Assembly: GCA_030704615.1 (NCBI GenBank)
Contig: CM060732.1
Location: 77,624,001 to 77,688,000, forward strand
From: Takakia lepidozioides
Taxonomy: Eukaryota > Plantae > Bryophyta
Length of the DNA: 64,000 bases
Reading direction: 5' to 3'
Part shown: piece after piece, positions 59,664-64,000 of the stretch
Layout of the letters: each line of letters starts with the position of its first letter
Position numbering within the stretch: position 1 is the stretch's first letter
Program-made: the position numbers and the translations under genes
Notes under the pieces: generated by a model
Told to the model about the DNA's origin: nothing
Database searches by the model: none
What the model saw: the letters and a program-made list of their open reading frames with translations, nothing else

Positions 59664-62600
59664 ATGGCAACAGCAGCGTCGCTCTTTTGTCTAAGTCCTT
59701 CCACGCCATGTGCATCTCTTCTGGGAGGCGGCTCCTCCACAGCAACGCAGTACCGCGAATTGCACCCACCCAAGCATGTGCCACACACAATTAAGTCGCT
59801 TGGAAATGCGTTGAAAGTTGCAGCGGGCGAGCGACGCACTAGATTAAGGGACAACGTGAACTGCGGTAGCAGTTATGGAGCTTCATCGTCTTCCCTTCTG
59901 CAGGGGCAAGGACGGAAGAGCTTGCAAAGAAGCAGGAACACACAGCAGGATGGAGCTCCGGCTGGAGCTGGCTCAGTTGTGGCAACCCTGGCTCCTCCAC
60001 GGCCTCCGTCAAGCCCTGACACAGGCTCCAAGGAAATAGATGATGACGCGGGAGCTGGAGGTGAGGAGGTGAGAGAGTCGGAAGCGGTGGAGGAAAGTAA
60101 AGAACGGATTGAGAACAGCGAGGAGCCCTTTGTGTGGCGAGATCACTGGTATCCAGTGTCGCTGGTGGAGGACCTGGATCCAACCATGCCCACAGCCTTC
60201 CAGCTCCTGGGCCGCGAGCTGGCGATTTGGTGCGATAAAGAAGGAAATTGGCGCGTATTCCTGGACAAGTGCCCCCACCGTCTAGCACCCCTCTCGGTAT
60301 GTTCTTCTGTTTGAACACCCCGCTTGTCGTGCCAAGTCGCGGTCCTTGCGTCTCGTTCTCTCACTGCAGGCCCTTGGCTTCCTCCACACCCCCCCCCCCC
60401 GGTTTTCCCTTCATCGCAGTAGTGCTGGGAACTATTCCCCAGTGCTATGCGCAATTTGAGATGCACAATTGAGGTATTAACAGGCAATCAATGGTAGATT
60501 GCAGAGTTCATGTGCAGAGAATGAATGTAAGGGGTGGTGAAGGAGGTGGATCAAACAATGACCAGTTTGAGCAGGATCTTTGCAGAGCATACTTGGTCCT
60601 GTATGATCATGTCCATGAGAGGAACAGTATTAGAGGTGGGTCTACAATCAGGAATAAATTTGGAGAGACAGAAGTTGTGTGAATGGTGAAGAATCTTGAT
60701 CAAGTGGGTCCATTGCAATGGGTAGGTTGACATGTATTCTAACCCAAATGCTGCTGCTCCATTTGTACTGAAATCCTGATGTGGAAAGCCTGCCCCTACC
60801 AGAATGAGCCCCTAACAATGGTAGTGTCTGTTCCCTTTTGTTCCACCCAAACTGGACATGGGGCACGGCTACGGCAAACAACGTCTTATGAGTACATTCT
60901 CTCTCTTTACAGTCTTTCACTGCGAGGTAAAGCACTCTGCCAACCAATCCTTACATAGGACTCCACGAGTATCCCGAGTTTCTGTGTGTGTCACTCGTTC
61001 ATTTGAACTCAGGGGAGATGGCATGGCGTGGCAAATGGCGTTTTTGTGATCATTGTGAACCATCATTTGATTCTGGTACTGGTTTGATGACAAGCAGGAA
61101 GGAAGGCTGGATGAGAATGGATGGCTGCAGTGCTCATACCATGGTTGGTCCTTCAGATCCGATGGCAGCTGTGGCTCCATTCCGCAGGCAGCATCTGAGG
61201 GGCCTGAGGCAAAGGCATGCCTTTCTCCCCGGGCTTGTGCAGTCTCCTACCCCACCCTTGTTTCAGAAGGCTTGCTTTTCGTTTGGCCTGATGAAAAGGG
61301 TTGGGAGAAGGCCTCCGCCACTCAGCCCACTATGTAAGTACTTTGGCAATGGATATGCACTTCGCAAAGAGAAAGGAAGAAAAAGCGAAACTTTATAACG
61401 TCTATGGGAAGCTCAAGGAGCCGACAAAGGAACACAGACAACAAGGATGATGGGCACAAGACGAATAAAACTAAAGGAACATGATAACAATTCACAGTAA
61501 GCTTAAAGACTTTGTGGGATGAAGGCCTTTAATCAGCACTCTTGCCCTTATGCCGATCACTGGTATTGACAAGCACTCTCTTGCAATCCACTTTTATGAC
61601 TACATGGTTTTTGGCTTAGCTTTCTCCTAGCATTATTATCTTCAGAGGTAATGTGGTAGTGTAGGTGCTTGACAACTGTTGGATGGTGGGGTCCAGACTG
61701 CCTCCAGAGTTTCAGGACCCGCGTTTTTCAACAGTGACAATACAGCGGGATTTATACTACGGGTATGACACACTTATGGAGAATGTGTCTGACCCCTCCC
61801 ACATTGACTTTGCTCATCATAAGGTGCTTCTCTTCCATTCTATCTTATGCATTCTCTGCTGTAGCCTGGTAAGGCCATTTTAGAGGTTTAAAGCACTCTC
61901 AGGAAGTAGTAGCCCAGGGGAACCAAGGATAGGCATGAACTTCAATGTGCCAATAAGGATGAACATGAAGAAGTAAATACAAAGTTGACAGGAGGTACCA
62001 GGTAAAACTACAAGAGGAAAGATAAGGAAAAGCTTGTTAAGAAAAGAAAAGACAGAAACAAGAAACAAGAAAAAGAACAAGAAAGAACTCCATGTCCACA
62101 AGATGAAATCCCAAGTGCAAAGCAAAAGGAAGAGGGAGAGATAAACCACAATGACCTGTTATCATTTGGTGGCTGTCTCTTGAAGAGGATTGTGAGGACT
62201 GGTTTTGGAAAACCTATGTGAAGAAGAACTGAAAGATAGGTTTGGATCTAAGAGAAGCTAACCAGTCAGTCATTTAGAAGAACATCTCAAATTTATAACA
62301 TCTAGGGGCGGCCCAAGGGACACAAGTAGAACAACACAGAACCACATGATACAAAGTACAATATAGAGCTAAAGAGGGAACCTGGAGCCTGTACTTCGCT
62401 TTTTTCCATGGTGAAAAGAAAAAGAAAGCTGAAGTAGTCGATTGTGCCAAGGAACAGGTGACAGGGAGGAGGGAAAGAGCCAAGCCATTGCCCTTTAAGG
62501 TGGAAAAGAGTGGGCCCTGGGGCTTCAGCGGCTCCAATAGCGACACCCCAAAGATCACGACTGGCTTCTACCCGCCTTGCTACTATTACAACAAGTGAGT

Positions 62601-63971
62601 GTCTCTTCTTGTCTGCTCTCATGTGGAAATTTGTACAGGTTCTCATGGCTGAATCTTTCTCACTTGAGCTGGGGAATCTCCCCAGGTATGTGAGGAGAGT
62701 AATCAGAGGGATGGACTGTGATTGCAGGATAGAAATACCTGTGAAGCTTCCATTGTTGGGGGAGAAGACCTGGACGATATTGATATGTTCATTCAACATT
62801 CCCATGGCCCCTGGAAAGACACGCTCCATTGTTTGCAGTGCCCGCAATTTCTTCCGCTTTCTCATGCCAGGTCCTGCTTGGTGGCAGGTATGTATTTATA
62901 CTTCTCCAGGGTGTCCCATTTCTCTCACTCTATAGTGTCTGAACATAGATCTTTCTCCAGATTGTCCTTTGCTCACTTTTCTTTCCAAAGTCACTGTTTC
63001 CCTGGAGGTTGTGCCAAGCACTCACATCTCTCACATCCTTTGACGGCTTTTGCTGTGTCATACCAATAATGTATGTGCAAGGTTTGAGGTGGCAATGTTG
63101 GTTTTCAGGTGTGCTAATCTATAGAGTTTGTGCAAACAACATGTTACAGGAAACTGACCTTGTTGCTTGGGCTCTGCAGGTAGTGCCACGGTGGTACGAG
63201 CACTGGACATCCAATCTAGTGTATGATGGGGACATGATAGTCCTCCAGGGGCAAGAGAAGGGGTTCTTAGCGCAGGGTGGTGACGTAAATGCCCAATATT
63301 CCAAGATCACTTTCACCCCTACTCAAGCTGATCGCTTTGTACTGGCCTTCCGAAACTGGCTTCGCCGCCATGGTGACCAGCCTGCATGGTTTCCTGAGGT
63401 CAAAGTTGGACAGCCTCTCCCATCCACAGTCTTGTCTAAACAACAGGTGAAGAACATTGGTTGGTCCCAAACTACGTCATGACATGTTTGCCTTCTTTTG
63501 AGGGAGCCTGGGAGAGAGCTTCAATTTTCAGAACTTGCAATTGCACTGTAGCAACTGCATGGCCTTTTTTAGATGGCAGAGTGGACACATAATTGGGCCA
63601 GCATTGCTGAATTGCAGTACTTGTAGTCTTCTGCAGGCACAAAGAGATTTGGAGGTGTTTTCTTGGAGATCTCTGCTTGATGATAACAGGTGTGATTTTG
63701 TACTGTGGGATCTCAGATGCTGGATCGATTTGAGCAGCACACACTGAAGTGTGCATCTTGTAGGAAAGCGCTAGATGGGTTCCGGCTGTGGCAGAAAGTG
63801 CTGTGGGGCAGCACCGTGGTATTGGCTGCAGGTGCAGGTGTTCCACCAGATATGGCACTGCGCTTGTTGTTGGCTGCTGGATCCATTGTCAGTGCTGCCT
63901 TGGCTTATTCCTTGAAAGGAGGAGAGAAGAACTTCACTTTCAGGGACTATGTTCATGCCAAAATTGAGTGA
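59664..63971 (+). CDS. PAO: Pheophorbide a oxygenase (Rieske non-heme iron oxygenase, ACD1/LLS1), chloroplastic
   Basis: Exons 59664-60296, 61098-61333, 61697-61823, 62458-62594, 62728-62887, 63180-63446 and 63717-63971. Rieske CPHRLAPLSEG..CSYHGW, mononuclear Fe ENVSDPSHIDFAHHK, C-terminal CASC and DYVHAKIE*. Ser/Ala-rich transit peptide. Confidence 0.96.
60785..60896 (+). mobile_element. 5'-truncated LINE 3' end in PAO intron 1
   Basis: Matches about 32100-32222 and ends GGCTACGGCAAACAACGTCTTATGAGTACA. Confidence 0.85.
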
Positions 63972-64000
63972 CCCTTTTCGTGGTGTTGTATGTACCATAA

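Overview
Eukaryotic, intron-containing land-plant DNA. It is most likely a bryophyte, probably a moss; this is inferred from the long moss-type Aux/IAA with LxLxPP, the PLS-DYW PPR genes and a TORNADO1-like LRR gene. Recognisable genes: Aux/IAA (-, runs off the left edge), tRNA-splicing endonuclease subunit SEN54 (-), an F-box fragment (-), intronless eEF1B (+), an ABI5/AREB-type bZIP (-) whose last intron holds a 4.86-kb TSD-flanked LINE, an SRO/RCD1-type PARP-RST gene (-), YAF9/GAS41 YEATS (-), a PLS-E-DYW PPR editing factor (+), a truncated TRN1-like LRR gene (-), a PDF-motif/PPR pseudogene (-) and pheophorbide a oxygenase (+). The most striking feature is a cluster of apparent chimeric genes at 38.5-58.7 kb. 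(1) A diverged duplicate of the Aux/IAA 5' region and first large exon is joined mid-exon to an intact SRO PARP+RST gene. (2) An HTH module lies in phase upstream of YAF9. (3) A cationic amino-acid transporter fragment is in frame with the DYW PPR. (4) OSB-type PDF motifs are joined to PLS PPR repeats. All exon models were read by eye from GT-AG sites and phase checks; none is supported by expression data.
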